Source: Candidatus Poribacteria bacterium (lineage in GTDB: Bacteria; Poribacteria; WGA-4E; WGA-3G). Taken from it: a stretch of 64,000 nucleotides of DNA. This document shows positions 1 to 9,401 of this stretch, piece by piece; the first letter of the stretch is position 1; each line of letters begins with the position of its first letter. Location of the stretch: NCBI GenBank assembly GCA_022821725.1, contig JAJEDB010000089.1, positions 4,074 to 68,073 of the forward strand, written 5' to 3'. The notes under the pieces were generated by a model that made no database searches, had not been told where the DNA came from, and was given only the letters and a program-made list of their open reading frames with translations. The position numbers and the translations under genes are program-made.

Positions 1-1466
1 TACGAGAAGCACAGGGTCCCAAGATCTTCAACTACGGTCCATGTATCCATAAGTTTGACGCACAGGGTGTATTTGTCGCAAGTTATCCGATCCAAGATTT
101 GAGCCAACGGATAAAGCCTCTTGAAGCCGCTGCCCCTGGTTTGGACGCAGACGGTAATTATGCCCTGATTATTCCACAGGGAAATACGAAACGAGAATTC
201 TTATTAGCGATTGACCTTCACAACAATCTCTATGTTTGCGACAGAGATGTACCGAATAAACTTATTGTCAAACTCGATGCGAACGGCAAAACCGTTGCCC
301 GCTATTTCCTTGATCAACCCGGCGCAGGACACGTCGTGCAGCCCGCGGATATGGCAGTGGATAAAGTTGGGAATCTCTATGTTGTCGATGAAAAGGGGCA
401 TCGGGTACTGAAATACAGTGCCGATGGAAGGTTCGAGCGTGACTTTGGCAGGTATGGCGACGCAGCGGGGGAATTTCTCGCCCCTTTTCGGATAGCCGCA
501 TTGACGGACGGAACGCTCCTTGTCGCGGATACAGCGAAGTACTTAAAGGACTTCGCCTCCACGCTTCCGAAACGGCTTGACGATCCGACGCGACGCTACG
601 ATGGTTATACAAGACAGTTTCGCTATCGGCTGCGGCGCATCCAGCGGTTTACCACAGATGGCACCTACATACAGAAACTGCTTGTCCCGTTTCGACGAGA
701 AGTTGAGACAGATGTCGCACTCCACCTCAAAGGTATTGACGGACAGGGGAACCTTTACTATCTGAATCCAGCAGAATTGCGATTTCGGAAATACGCACCG
801 ACCACGTCATTGATATCTTCACTGTTTCAAACGGAACTCAAACTCCGGTATACACGCGACCTACACGACGTTGAAATCGACAACCAAGACGATCTGGACG
901 CAGATCTTTATACCAAGTCCGATTTTGATGAACAGATTATTCAGGATACGGCGTATGCAAATTTAATTTTTTCTTATGATCTCAATGAATCATACCGCAT
1001 CGCAGTATCAAATCGACTCACTTACGTCCGAATGACCGATACGAGTTATTACCGGGCACGGGATTTTGAAGACTTCCGCGGACGCTTCAATCAAGACGAT
1101 CGGGCAACTGAGAACACTTGGGACGATCGCATTCAGCTTGACTTTACATGGGTTCGGGATCACAGTCTCTACAATTATCGGGAAGTGCGGGCTTTTGCCT
1201 ACTTTAGCATCATCCGCCTCGATTTCATCAACGATGCCCTTGACAGTTTCAATTACCGCTTCTTTGACTTCAATGCGAATCTCTCCGACTGGGGGGCGGG
1301 AATACATTACGACTTCAGTCGCACGTTCCGCTTGAATTTTGAAATCACACATTTCTTCGGCAGGAACCGGTATACCTATATTGACGAAACGAATATTCTC
1401 TACGCCACAGGTTTTCAGGAAGGCGACCTGACCCGCGCAGTTCTGTTTATAAATGGGATCTTTTGA
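1..1466 (+). CDS. NHL-repeat beta-propeller protein fused to a C-terminal beta-barrel-like domain; 5'-partial, since the frame is open to the window start
   Basis: The frame is open from nt 3 with no stop. There are repeated hydrophobic-D/N-G motifs (YVCD, YVVDE, LLVAD) typical of NHL blades. The C-terminal ~200 aa has alternating aromatic/hydrophobic strands and ends in a terminal Phe (…FINGIF), as in outer-membrane beta-barrels. Confidence 0.55.
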   Translation, partial: REAQGPKIFNYGPCIHKFDAQGVFVASYPIQDLSQRIKPLEAAAPGLDADGNYALIIPQGNTKREFLLAIDLHNNLYVCDRDVPNKLIVKLDANGKTVARYFLDQPGAGHVVQPADMAVDKVGNLYVVDEKGHRVLKYSADGRFERDFGRYGDAAGEFLAPFRIAALTDGTLLVADTAKYLKDFASTLPKRLDDPTRRYDGYTRQFRYRLRRIQRFTTDGTYIQKLLVPFRREVETDVALHLKGIDGQGNLYYLNPAELRFRKYAPTTSLISSLFQTELKLRYTRDLHDVEIDNQDDLDADLYTKSDFDEQIIQDTAYANLIFSYDLNESYRIAVSNRLTYVRMTDTSYYRARDFEDFRGRFNQDDRATENTWDDRIQLDFTWVRDHSLYNYREVRAFAYFSIIRLDFINDALDSFNYRFFDFNANLSDWGAGIHYDFSRTFRLNFEITHFFGRNRYTYIDETNILYATGFQEGDLTRAVLFINGIF

Positions 1467-1487
1467 CGTAGGAAGGAGGTTTTACCC

Positions 1488-2150
1488 ATGCAGAAATACA
1501 CACTCTCACAGCTTACTGAAGAAACGATCAACGCACTTGTGACATTGAAAGAGCAAGCAGAAATATCTAACAGATGGAGCAATATGCAGGTCCCTCTCAC
1601 TTCGGAAGAGGGGACATGGCTTGAGAAGATAAAGTCTACTTTGCGCGAGCGCCAACTTGTACACATGAACGAAGCGACCCTTTGGGCGCGCGCTATATAT
1701 CCGCTGTTGATACTCGCCGAACAGAGACATGTTCAGGCATGGACAGGCGTGCCACTCCAAGCGACTTACCCGACCTTTGAACTCGAAGGCGAAGCCGATG
1801 GGGCACTTGCCCCTTCTGTTGGCGGGAAAATTCGCCCGCCCTATCTCATCGTACATGAGGCGAAGCGTGGGGTGGATGCCCCCGATCCACTGTATCAACT
1901 CTATGGCGAAATGCTTGCCGCCGCATGGCTCAATTGGCACAATACTCCCACCCTTGAACAGGAAATTTTTGGCTGTTACACCGTCAATGACACTTGGGCC
2001 TTCGTGCGTGGAGTCGTTAGCGACATTGACAGCGAAAGACCAACCTTTGACATTGAATTCGCACCTGTGTATAATGGTGTTTTACAAGCAGAACGTATCG
2101 TCGAGATACTAAAGTTTATTGTCGCTAAGCACGTAAACGTTCATACCTAA
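1488..2150 (+). CDS. hypothetical protein (220 aa)
   Basis: ATG is preceded by GGAAGGAGG at a 9-nt spacing. The codon usage is coherent. I recognise no family. Confidence 0.5.
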   Translation: MQKYTLSQLTEETINALVTLKEQAEISNRWSNMQVPLTSEEGTWLEKIKSTLRERQLVHMNEATLWARAIYPLLILAEQRHVQAWTGVPLQATYPTFELEGEADGALAPSVGGKIRPPYLIVHEAKRGVDAPDPLYQLYGEMLAAAWLNWHNTPTLEQEIFGCYTVNDTWAFVRGVVSDIDSERPTFDIEFAPVYNGVLQAERIVEILKFIVAKHVNVHT

Positions 2151-2164
2151 AAGGAGGAAGGACC

Positions 2165-3013
2165 ATGGCAACTTTTGGAACGGGTGATTATCAATACGAA
2201 GTCGTGGAAGGATGGGGGATGATTCCGCAACTTGGGCTCGTTTCCGGCGTCGCGTGTGATTCCAATGACAGCGTCTATGTCTATAATCGGAGTCCACAGC
2301 CGGCTATGCTCGTTTTTGAGGCGGATGGCACGTTCGTAACGGAATGGGGTCAGGATATTTTTCAGAAACCCCACGGTATCTGGATAAGCCCGGACGATGA
2401 AATCTATACCACAGACACCGTCGATCATACAGTGCGGAAATTTTCCCTTGATGGGGAGTTGTTAGAGACGTTCGGCACTGTCAACCAACCCGGAGCACCG
2501 GGAGGGCCTTTTAACGAACCGACGCGTGCTGTGCTTTCAACATCTGGGGAGATGTACGTCTCCGATGGCTATGGACAGTCGCGAGTGCACCGAATGACTG
2601 CCGATGGCGAGGTTATCGTCTCATGGGGGGCACCCGGCACGGGACCTGGAGAATTTAACCTCCCCCACGATGTTACGGTCGACCATAATGATCGCGTCTA
2701 TATTCTTGATCGTGGGAACCTTCGGTGCCAGATTTTTAACAACAACGGCGAATACTTGACGGAGTGGACAGACCTCCGTTCCCCGAACGATCTCTTCATT
2801 GATAGTGATAACATCATTCACATCGCTGAAGGTGGGCAGCGCATCAGTATCATGACGCTTGAGGGTGAAGTCATCGGACGGTGGGGCGAGAAGGGAGATG
2901 CCCCCGGACAGTTCAGTGATTCCCCACACGGCATCTGGATTGATTCAAACGGGAATATCTATGTCAGTGAAGTCGTCGCTGATAGACGTTTCCAGAAATT
3001 CGCAAGGATTTAA
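2165..3013 (+). CDS. NHL-repeat six-bladed beta-propeller protein
   Basis: RBS AAGGAGGAAGG. Repeated blades such as VYVYNRS, IYTTDT, MYVSDG, VYILDRG, IHIAEGG and IYVSEV are spaced about 45 aa apart, the classic NHL periodicity. Confidence 0.65.
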   Translation: MATFGTGDYQYEVVEGWGMIPQLGLVSGVACDSNDSVYVYNRSPQPAMLVFEADGTFVTEWGQDIFQKPHGIWISPDDEIYTTDTVDHTVRKFSLDGELLETFGTVNQPGAPGGPFNEPTRAVLSTSGEMYVSDGYGQSRVHRMTADGEVIVSWGAPGTGPGEFNLPHDVTVDHNDRVYILDRGNLRCQIFNNNGEYLTEWTDLRSPNDLFIDSDNIIHIAEGGQRISIMTLEGEVIGRWGEKGDAPGQFSDSPHGIWIDSNGNIYVSEVVADRRFQKFARI

Positions 3014-3016
3014 TAA

Positions 3017-4054
3017 GTGTTCAAGAAACTTTATCTCTATTTTCGCAGTGTAACTTGCAAGCGTGTATTGCAAGCGAGTATCATTTTTATCGGTGTTACG
3101 GCGTGCGCATTCGTTTTTGCTGATGAAGGGCATGAGCATTCAGGCGATCGGATAAAAGAGTTGATAAACCAACCGCTTACGCTGCAACTGGCAATTGTTG
3201 CCCTTGTTGTTTCGTTTGTGTTAGGGGGGCTGCACGCTTTAACACCGGGACACGGCAAAGCCATAGTGGCTGCCTACCTCGTCGGTTCTAAAGGTAGGGT
3301 CATTGATGCGGTGTTCCTTGGGCTTGTCGTTACCTTTACGCATACCTTCAGTGTTATAGCACTCGGCGTCGTCATGTTGGTAGCACAAGAGTTTGCACCG
3401 GAGGATATCGTTCCGTGGTTGAGCCTGTTCTCTGGCGCTTTGATTGTTGGGATTGGGGCGTGGCTGCTTGCCAGAAACATGAAGCAGTATTATAGCGGTG
3501 GCGCGCACAACCGCGGTCCTAATCATACGTCCGATCCGCACGACCATGATCACGGGCACTCACACGATCACGATCATTCACATGACCACGACCATCCGCA
3601 TACAGACGACCCCGATCACGGCCATGATCATTCACATGACCATTCGCATGATGATGACCCTGGACATTCAGATGACCACACGCATACACACACTCATGGG
3701 GGGCGGACGCATAGTCACGCACCTCCAGAGCGGACAGGTTTTTGGAGTTTACTATCGCTCGGTATCTCCGGGGGTATTGTGCCCTGCGTCGATGCGCTCA
3801 TCGGACTCCTATTCGCGATTAGTCTTGGTAAACTTGTATGGGGTCTAATTATCCTATGTGCCTTCTCATTAGGGCTTGCCGCTGTGTTGGTCGCTATCGG
3901 TATCCTGATGGTGATGGCAAAACCGGTGATTCAGCGGTTTACGGGCGAAGGCATTTGGCTACAACGCCTACCGATTATGAGCGCTGCCGTCGTCATTCTG
4001 CTCGGTGCAGTATTAGTGTTCAAGGCATTTAACACAATCGGCGTTCACATTTAA
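3017..4054 (+). CDS. NicO/RcnA-family nickel/cobalt efflux membrane protein with a His/Asp-rich cytoplasmic loop
   Basis: GTG start. There is a signal-like N-terminus. The HALTPGHGKA motif is the NicO signature (HAxxPGHGK). A 60-aa HDHDHGHSHDHDHSHDHDHPH loop is present, and the hydrophobic C-terminal half ends near a second G-rich motif. Confidence 0.6.
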   Translation: MFKKLYLYFRSVTCKRVLQASIIFIGVTACAFVFADEGHEHSGDRIKELINQPLTLQLAIVALVVSFVLGGLHALTPGHGKAIVAAYLVGSKGRVIDAVFLGLVVTFTHTFSVIALGVVMLVAQEFAPEDIVPWLSLFSGALIVGIGAWLLARNMKQYYSGGAHNRGPNHTSDPHDHDHGHSHDHDHSHDHDHPHTDDPDHGHDHSHDHSHDDDPGHSDDHTHTHTHGGRTHSHAPPERTGFWSLLSLGISGGIVPCVDALIGLLFAISLGKLVWGLIILCAFSLGLAAVLVAIGILMVMAKPVIQRFTGEGIWLQRLPIMSAAVVILLGAVLVFKAFNTIGVHI

Positions 4055-4101
4055 GATAGATATTGTGCAAGTTGTGTCGAAAAAAAGAGGAGATATCATC
4101 T

Positions 4102-4983
4102 ATGCTCAGCACTGTTGGAATATTAAGTCCCGGTGATATGGGGCACACTGTCGGGAATGTGCTTCGTCAAAACGGTTTGCGTGTTATCACCTGCCTGGAA
4201 GGAAGGAGTCAGCGCACCCGGCAGCTTGCTGAGAAAGCGGGCATTGTGGATGTCGCAACATATCCACAATTCGTCACTGAAGCCGATCTTATCCTCTCAA
4301 TCATGGTGCCTGCACAGGCGATGTCCGCAGCGTCTATCGTTGCAGAAACGCTGCAGCGGATCGACACACCCTTAGTCTATGCCGACTGCAATGCCATCGC
4401 ACCACAGACGGTTCGTCAATTGGGGAACCTCATCACCTCGGCGGGTGGAACGTTCGTGGATGCGTCCATTATCGGTCCACCGCCTCACACACCCGGAGCA
4501 ACGCGGTTCTACACATCGGGACCCGACCTTAACCTATTTTCAGAACTCAACAATCATGGGTTAGATATACGTGCAATTGGCGCAGAGATAGGATTCGCCT
4601 CAGCGATTAAGATGTGTTACGCCTCCTTAACCAAAGGATTGACAGCACTCTGCACCGAATTGCTCACAGCGGCATCCCTGTTAGGGGTTTCAGAAGCACT
4701 CACTGCGGAGTTTCAATTGAGCCAATCCGCACTCTTTGAAAGGATGGAAAAAGGACTCCCGAGCATGCCACCGAAAGCGCGACGTTGGATCGGTGAGATG
4801 GAAGAGATTTCAGCAACCTTCGCGCATGTCGGGTTGACACCGAATATCTTGACAGGCGCGGCGGACATGTATCGCTTCGTGGGTGACACGCATCTTGCGG
4901 ATCTCCCGCCTGAGGCACGGGACGAGTTTCCGACCTTGGCAGAACTGATTGAAATCTTGGCGGCGAACCTCAAATCGGAGTAG
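4102..4983 (+). CDS. NAD(P)-binding 6-phosphogluconate-dehydrogenase-like protein (DUF1932-type)
   Basis: ATG at 4102 is preceded by AAGAGGAG. N-terminal Rossmann GxxSPGDMG-like motif (VGILSPGDMGH). The helical C-terminal domain resembles 6PGDH NAD-binding-family proteins. The ORF-track start at 4063 lacks an RBS. Confidence 0.45.
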   Translation: MLSTVGILSPGDMGHTVGNVLRQNGLRVITCLEGRSQRTRQLAEKAGIVDVATYPQFVTEADLILSIMVPAQAMSAASIVAETLQRIDTPLVYADCNAIAPQTVRQLGNLITSAGGTFVDASIIGPPPHTPGATRFYTSGPDLNLFSELNNHGLDIRAIGAEIGFASAIKMCYASLTKGLTALCTELLTAASLLGVSEALTAEFQLSQSALFERMEKGLPSMPPKARRWIGEMEEISATFAHVGLTPNILTGAADMYRFVGDTHLADLPPEARDEFPTLAELIEILAANLKSE

Positions 4984-5050
4984 TGTTTCTTCGACTCAAA
5001 CACAAAGAACGTTAAAGTCCTAACTCACATTCCCTATCCGCAAGGTAAAA

Positions 5051-6898
5051 TTAAAGGTACCATTGCGCTTGCGCTTTGAAAAACTGGGCGTAGAGACCCT
5101 CTTTTGCCAGTAGCGTCTCATGGTCGCCATCCTCAATAATTGTTCCGTTATCAATTACAAGAATCCGATCACAGGTACGGACAGAGGAGAGACGGTGCGA
5201 AATTAACACCGATGTCCGTCCGGCACTCCGTTCAATAAATCGTTCATAGATCGCCTGTTCAGCGAGCGGATCGAGTGCAGCAGTCGGTTCATCGAGGACA
5301 ACGAGCCATGGGGTTTCCCGCATGAAACTCCTGGCTGTTGCCAAACGCTGCCATTCGCCACCAGAGAGATCGCGTCCGCCAAATGTGGGACCCAGTGTTG
5401 TTTCGTAACCTGCGGTGAGTCCTTCAACAACCGAAGCTGCGCCCCCCGCAATTGATGCCTCTTCCATGCGCTCGGGATGTTCTAAATCTCCAAAGATAAT
5501 GTTTTCACGGGCAGTGAGATGATAACTGGTGAAGTCCTGAAAAACCGCACTGCAATGCGTCAACCACGCTTGACGGTTCTCGTCGTTTAAGGAGACATCC
5601 CCTACGTGAATTGTGCCTGTCTGTGGACGGTAGAGTCCCAAAAGGACACGCGCCAGTGTCGTTTTTCCTGCCCCGTTGGGTCCTACCAGTGCGACGCGCT
5701 CCCCTTTTTTCAATGTCACGTTTATATGATTTAGCACAGGGACTTGCGTATTTGGATAGCGGAAGGAAACATTTTCTATCCGAAGATATGGAGGTTCTTC
5801 AGGGGTCCGGAATGAATTACCATAAGATTCCGAAGGGTGTCCGCCACCTGTTTTTGCTTTGATTGTGTCCGAGCCGCGATCTAAAAACGGGTATAAATCT
5901 CCTGATAAACGGCGCATCTCGTTTCCTATCCACTGAAAATGACTAACGACTTCGTTCCAGATACCATCCAATTGCACGAGGGCGGCGGCAGCAGCGATAT
6001 AGGTCCCTACCGTCAATCCACCCCGAAAAACTTCCAGCAATAAGAGAATGAGCGAGCAAGCGTATAATAAACCGCGGGCTATGTCGATCGCAAGATGTGC
6101 GAAGAATTTGCGTCGTTCAATTACCTGTTGTTCATCTATTAACGCCATCCATAAATTTCGCCAGCGTGTTATCCATAGGTCCTGCGCTTGGTATAACCGC
6201 ACTTCTTTGCCTGCCCCGCGATCCGTCAGAATTCCTTCTAATGCGTCTCGTTCTCGCCGCTGTGGTGTCTGTTCCACATCAAGATTGTAAGCACTGGCGG
6301 CAAAGCGTGAATCGCTCCACCAAGAAGCTAAACCTGTGACCATGGGGAGCAATGCCAGCAATGGATGATAACGCCAAAGCACAATACCGAGTGCAACGGC
6401 ACTGATTAATTGTTGGAGACTGTCAAAGATCCACCAGACAATCTCATCGAGTTCTATACCGGACATTGCGCGGGCTCGTGACAGCGCATTTTGAAATTCT
6501 GGGGTCTGGAATTCAGTTAACGCTATTGTATTGGATTTCCGAACGATACTCTCATTCATCCATGTCTCAATGTTTGCGCCGACGTGAAGACGCAGGGGTT
6601 CCCGTAAATGATCGACAAGGATACTCAGAATTTGTAAACCGATCAGTCCTATCAACCACGGAACGACTTGTTGCCACCAGCCAGCATCTCCTATCGCGGC
6701 GGTGATTGCATTGACTAAGTGTTCCGTCACAAAAAACTGACCGGCAGGCACCACACCGAGCAACAGCGTGAGCAGCAGGACACCCAAAAGTGCCAATGCC
6801 CCGTTCTGCCAAGTGATCGCAAAAGTTCGGATATAGGCGACGACGCTGTCTTTAACGACGGATCCCCATGTCTTCAATGTTTCTTTTACATTTCCCAT
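5051..6898 (-). CDS. ABC exporter, fused transmembrane and ATP-binding domains (MsbA/half-transporter type)
   Basis: Six-TM N-terminal half. Walker A GPNGAGKTT, signature LSGGEWQRLATAR, Walker B LVVLDEPTAALD, and an H-loop. The start is preceded by CCGCAAGGAATAATTAAAAA. Confidence 0.85.
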   Translation of the reverse strand: MGNVKETLKTWGSVVKDSVVAYIRTFAITWQNGALALLGVLLLTLLLGVVPAGQFFVTEHLVNAITAAIGDAGWWQQVVPWLIGLIGLQILSILVDHLREPLRLHVGANIETWMNESIVRKSNTIALTEFQTPEFQNALSRARAMSGIELDEIVWWIFDSLQQLISAVALGIVLWRYHPLLALLPMVTGLASWWSDSRFAASAYNLDVEQTPQRRERDALEGILTDRGAGKEVRLYQAQDLWITRWRNLWMALIDEQQVIERRKFFAHLAIDIARGLLYACSLILLLLEVFRGGLTVGTYIAAAAALVQLDGIWNEVVSHFQWIGNEMRRLSGDLYPFLDRGSDTIKAKTGGGHPSESYGNSFRTPEEPPYLRIENVSFRYPNTQVPVLNHINVTLKKGERVALVGPNGAGKTTLARVLLGLYRPQTGTIHVGDVSLNDENRQAWLTHCSAVFQDFTSYHLTARENIIFGDLEHPERMEEASIAGGAASVVEGLTAGYETTLGPTFGGRDLSGGEWQRLATARSFMRETPWLVVLDEPTAALDPLAEQAIYERFIERSAGRTSVLISHRLSSVRTCDRILVIDNGTIIEDGDHETLLAKEGLYAQFFKAQAQWYL

Positions 6899-7086
6899 TT
6901 TTTAATTATTCCTTGCGGTTCGATCAAGTCGGATTGGAAGTTTGAAATGCCTTTCCGTATATCTAGCAGAAACACCCTATCAAAAACCTTGCGTGTTTTT
7001 GCAATGTAATACAAGGAATGGATTTAGTCTATTCCCAGACTAAATCCGGTATTTTTCCGTATTGTTGCAGGCTGCGTCTTCAGTTT

Positions 7087-7332
7087 CCCGTAGGTTGGGT
7101 TGAGCAGAACCAAGAAACCCGATGTTGATTCTCCAAACACATTTAAGATCCTACATGGTCATATAAGTCACGGATATAGCGAAACCCAACGGCAGACCGC
7201 CATGTTTATGAGCCCCTCACAATAAGGGCGTTGGGTTTCACTCCATATTTCTGAAACAGAAGTTGTATGAACATACTGCGATTTTTCTGTGAACCCGTAG
7301 TCTCTGGTTCTACCCGTTCAACCCAACCTACG
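7087..7332. repeat. ~245-bp element bounded by ~26-nt imperfect inverted repeats with a nested inner stem-loop (MITE-like or structured RNA candidate)
   Basis: Outer arms CGTAGGTTGGGTTGAGCAGAACC (7089-7111) and GGTTCTACCCGTTCAACCCAACCTACG (7306-7332). Inner stem GAAACCCAACG (7181-7191) pairs with CGTTGGGTTTC (7229-7239). Confidence 0.45.
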
Positions 7333-7407
7333 ATAAATCTCCTTCTAAAATTGACACCTATGCTGTCGTTAGGGAATCGCACCTACCGGGGAATTGCGTA
7401 AGTTCTA

Positions 7408-9249
7408 TTACTGATACCAGTGTGCCTGTGCTCTAAAGAATTGGGCGTAGCGTCCATTTCTGGCAAGTAACGTTTCATGTGTGCCATCTTCAACAATACG
7501 TCCGGCATCCAAGACCAAAATACGATCAGCGAGACGGGCGGATCCAATTCGGTGTGAAATCAGGAACGTCATCCGACCTGCCGCGAGTTCAACAAACCGT
7601 TGGTAGAGTTCGACTTCAGCCTGTGGATCCAACGCGGCAGTTGGTTCATCAAGAACGAGGACTTGCGGATTGCGCGCCAAAGCCCGCGCAAGCGCGACTT
7701 TTTGCCATTCTCCGCCGGATAACTCGGCACCTTCGCCATCTTTACCGAGGGAAGGGTCCAGATAGGTATCCAATCCGTGTGGAAGCGTTTGAAAACGATC
7801 CGCGATGCCAACGGCATTGATGACATTCCAGAGGGTATCATCGTCAATATGGAGACCTGGCGGGCCCGGCACGAGTTCTTCCCGTACCGGTCGGCGGAAC
7901 CGCGTAAAATCTTGGAAAACCGCGGCACAGTTAAGGGCAATCTGTTCTGGCGCAATTGACTTCGCGTTCATACCGTCATAGCGGATTGTGCCGTCATTGG
8001 GCTGATAGAGACCGAGCAACAATTTGATGAGTGTCGATTTTCCTGCGCCGTTAACGCCTACGATACTCACGACTTCTCCGGGACGCACGTGAAAATTTAT
8101 ATCCTGTAGCACATCATCAGTTGCCTCCGGGTATCGGAAGCGTAAATTACGAACCTCTAATCCTTGCTGTAAGGGCTGCGGAAACGTCTCTGTTCCTACC
8201 TGTGTGCGCGCCTTTTCTGCGCGTTGTAGGAAGAAATGCAGGTCCCGAAGCAGGGGTAAATCCCTGAATATGTTTTGTATGCTTCCCAGCAATCCCTCCA
8301 TATTTCCCTGAAAGGTCGCCGCTGCACCGGTAAGCACAACGTAATCCCCGAGCGTGAGGTTCCCGTCTACAATACGTGCCGCGAGTATGCCGATCGCTAT
8401 CGCGTAGGCAACAATTTCGGCGACAGTTGTGCCGATGGAAGCCCGTATTTCTGTCCAAATCATTGAGACGGATTCTTTCCGCCATTTACGGTGGTTCGTT
8501 CGCCAGCGTCTAAAAAAGCGATCAAAGAGTCCGTAGAGTCTGACCTCCTGTCCAGATGATGAACCGAGGAGTAGACCGATCATGTAATCCATCATACGAC
8601 GGACAGGTGTAGTATGGTAATCGTAGATGTATTGCTTTTCGGCTGTTTTAACTTTGAACCACGCCGAAGGGATTGCGGGTAACACCACCACAAGCACGAG
8701 CAGCGGGTCCGCGATCCAGAGGAGAACACCGTATCCGACGAGGGTTACGCAGAGTTGTCCAATCTCTGTGAGAAACCGCAGAAAATTGGTGAGTCGATGA
8801 TCCAGCGCCTGTCGCGCCCGTTGTATCAGATCGTAGGTTTGTGGCTGATCGAAGAGGGCAAAGTCGATATATGTTGCGGCTTCAATCAAGGCATGCTGTT
8901 GATGAACTTTAATACGGTTCTGCATCTTCCATCGCAAGTAACCGTCATAAGTGCCAGTTATGTTTCTAAAAAGTGCCAAACCGACCAATGCGATCACCCA
9001 AGGGGCTGCGGTCTCTAAGCTGGGTTCCGCTTCCTGAGCCAGAATGGCTGTGATGAAGTTCACCAGCCCCCGGCTCGCCCAGAGGATACCAATTGGGATA
9101 AGTCCATGGATGAGTGTTAGGAGTGCTTGTGCGATGGCTCCGAATGGACTCACGTGCCACGCGACAAAGAAAAAACGGCGCAATGTCTTTAGGGCAGAGG
9201 GACGGGATTCTGATTCTGTGTTGGGGGGATGTGTATTGTTGCTATCCAT
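7408..9249 (-). CDS. ABC exporter, fused transmembrane and ATP-binding domains; likely the heterodimer partner of 5051-6898
   Basis: Walker A GVNGAGKST, signature LSGGEWQKVALAR, Walker B LVLDEPTAALD. Same orientation as the adjacent paralogue. Confidence 0.85.
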   Translation of the reverse strand: MDSNNTHPPNTESESRPSALKTLRRFFFVAWHVSPFGAIAQALLTLIHGLIPIGILWASRGLVNFITAILAQEAEPSLETAAPWVIALVGLALFRNITGTYDGYLRWKMQNRIKVHQQHALIEAATYIDFALFDQPQTYDLIQRARQALDHRLTNFLRFLTEIGQLCVTLVGYGVLLWIADPLLVLVVVLPAIPSAWFKVKTAEKQYIYDYHTTPVRRMMDYMIGLLLGSSSGQEVRLYGLFDRFFRRWRTNHRKWRKESVSMIWTEIRASIGTTVAEIVAYAIAIGILAARIVDGNLTLGDYVVLTGAAATFQGNMEGLLGSIQNIFRDLPLLRDLHFFLQRAEKARTQVGTETFPQPLQQGLEVRNLRFRYPEATDDVLQDINFHVRPGEVVSIVGVNGAGKSTLIKLLLGLYQPNDGTIRYDGMNAKSIAPEQIALNCAAVFQDFTRFRRPVREELVPGPPGLHIDDDTLWNVINAVGIADRFQTLPHGLDTYLDPSLGKDGEGAELSGGEWQKVALARALARNPQVLVLDEPTAALDPQAEVELYQRFVELAAGRMTFLISHRIGSARLADRILVLDAGRIVEDGTHETLLARNGRYAQFFRAQAHWYQ

Positions 9250-9261
9250 TTTTTTGCTCCA

Positions 9262-9299
9262 TTAAAAATAAAACCTACGGGGTTTAATCCGCAGGTTTT
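9262..9299 (-). terminator. Rho-independent terminator after sigma-fusion gene 1
   Basis: On the minus strand: AAAACCTGCGG-ATTAAACC-CCGTAGGTTTT, followed by TTTTATTTTTAAT. Confidence 0.5.
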
Positions 9300-9401
9300 A
9301 GAAAAAATCACTTAAAATTATCGGAACGAATTGTGTCCTACGAAAGCACTGGCACCAAATGCGTTTTCAAAACGCATCCGACGCCGGTTACGGAGCAGGT
9401 T

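Noticed and set aside
3498-3848. ORFs 3498-3848 (plus strand) and 3519-3722 (minus strand), rich in His/Thr/Met
   Set aside because: They are by-products of the low-complexity CAC/GAC/CAT codon repeats that encode the His/Asp loop of the RcnA-like protein.
6899-7407. An IS element or transposon between the ABC genes
   Set aside because: The inverted repeats bound only ~245 bp with no ORF. No transposase or integrase is present anywhere in the window, so at most it is a non-autonomous MITE-like element (kept as a low-confidence repeat).
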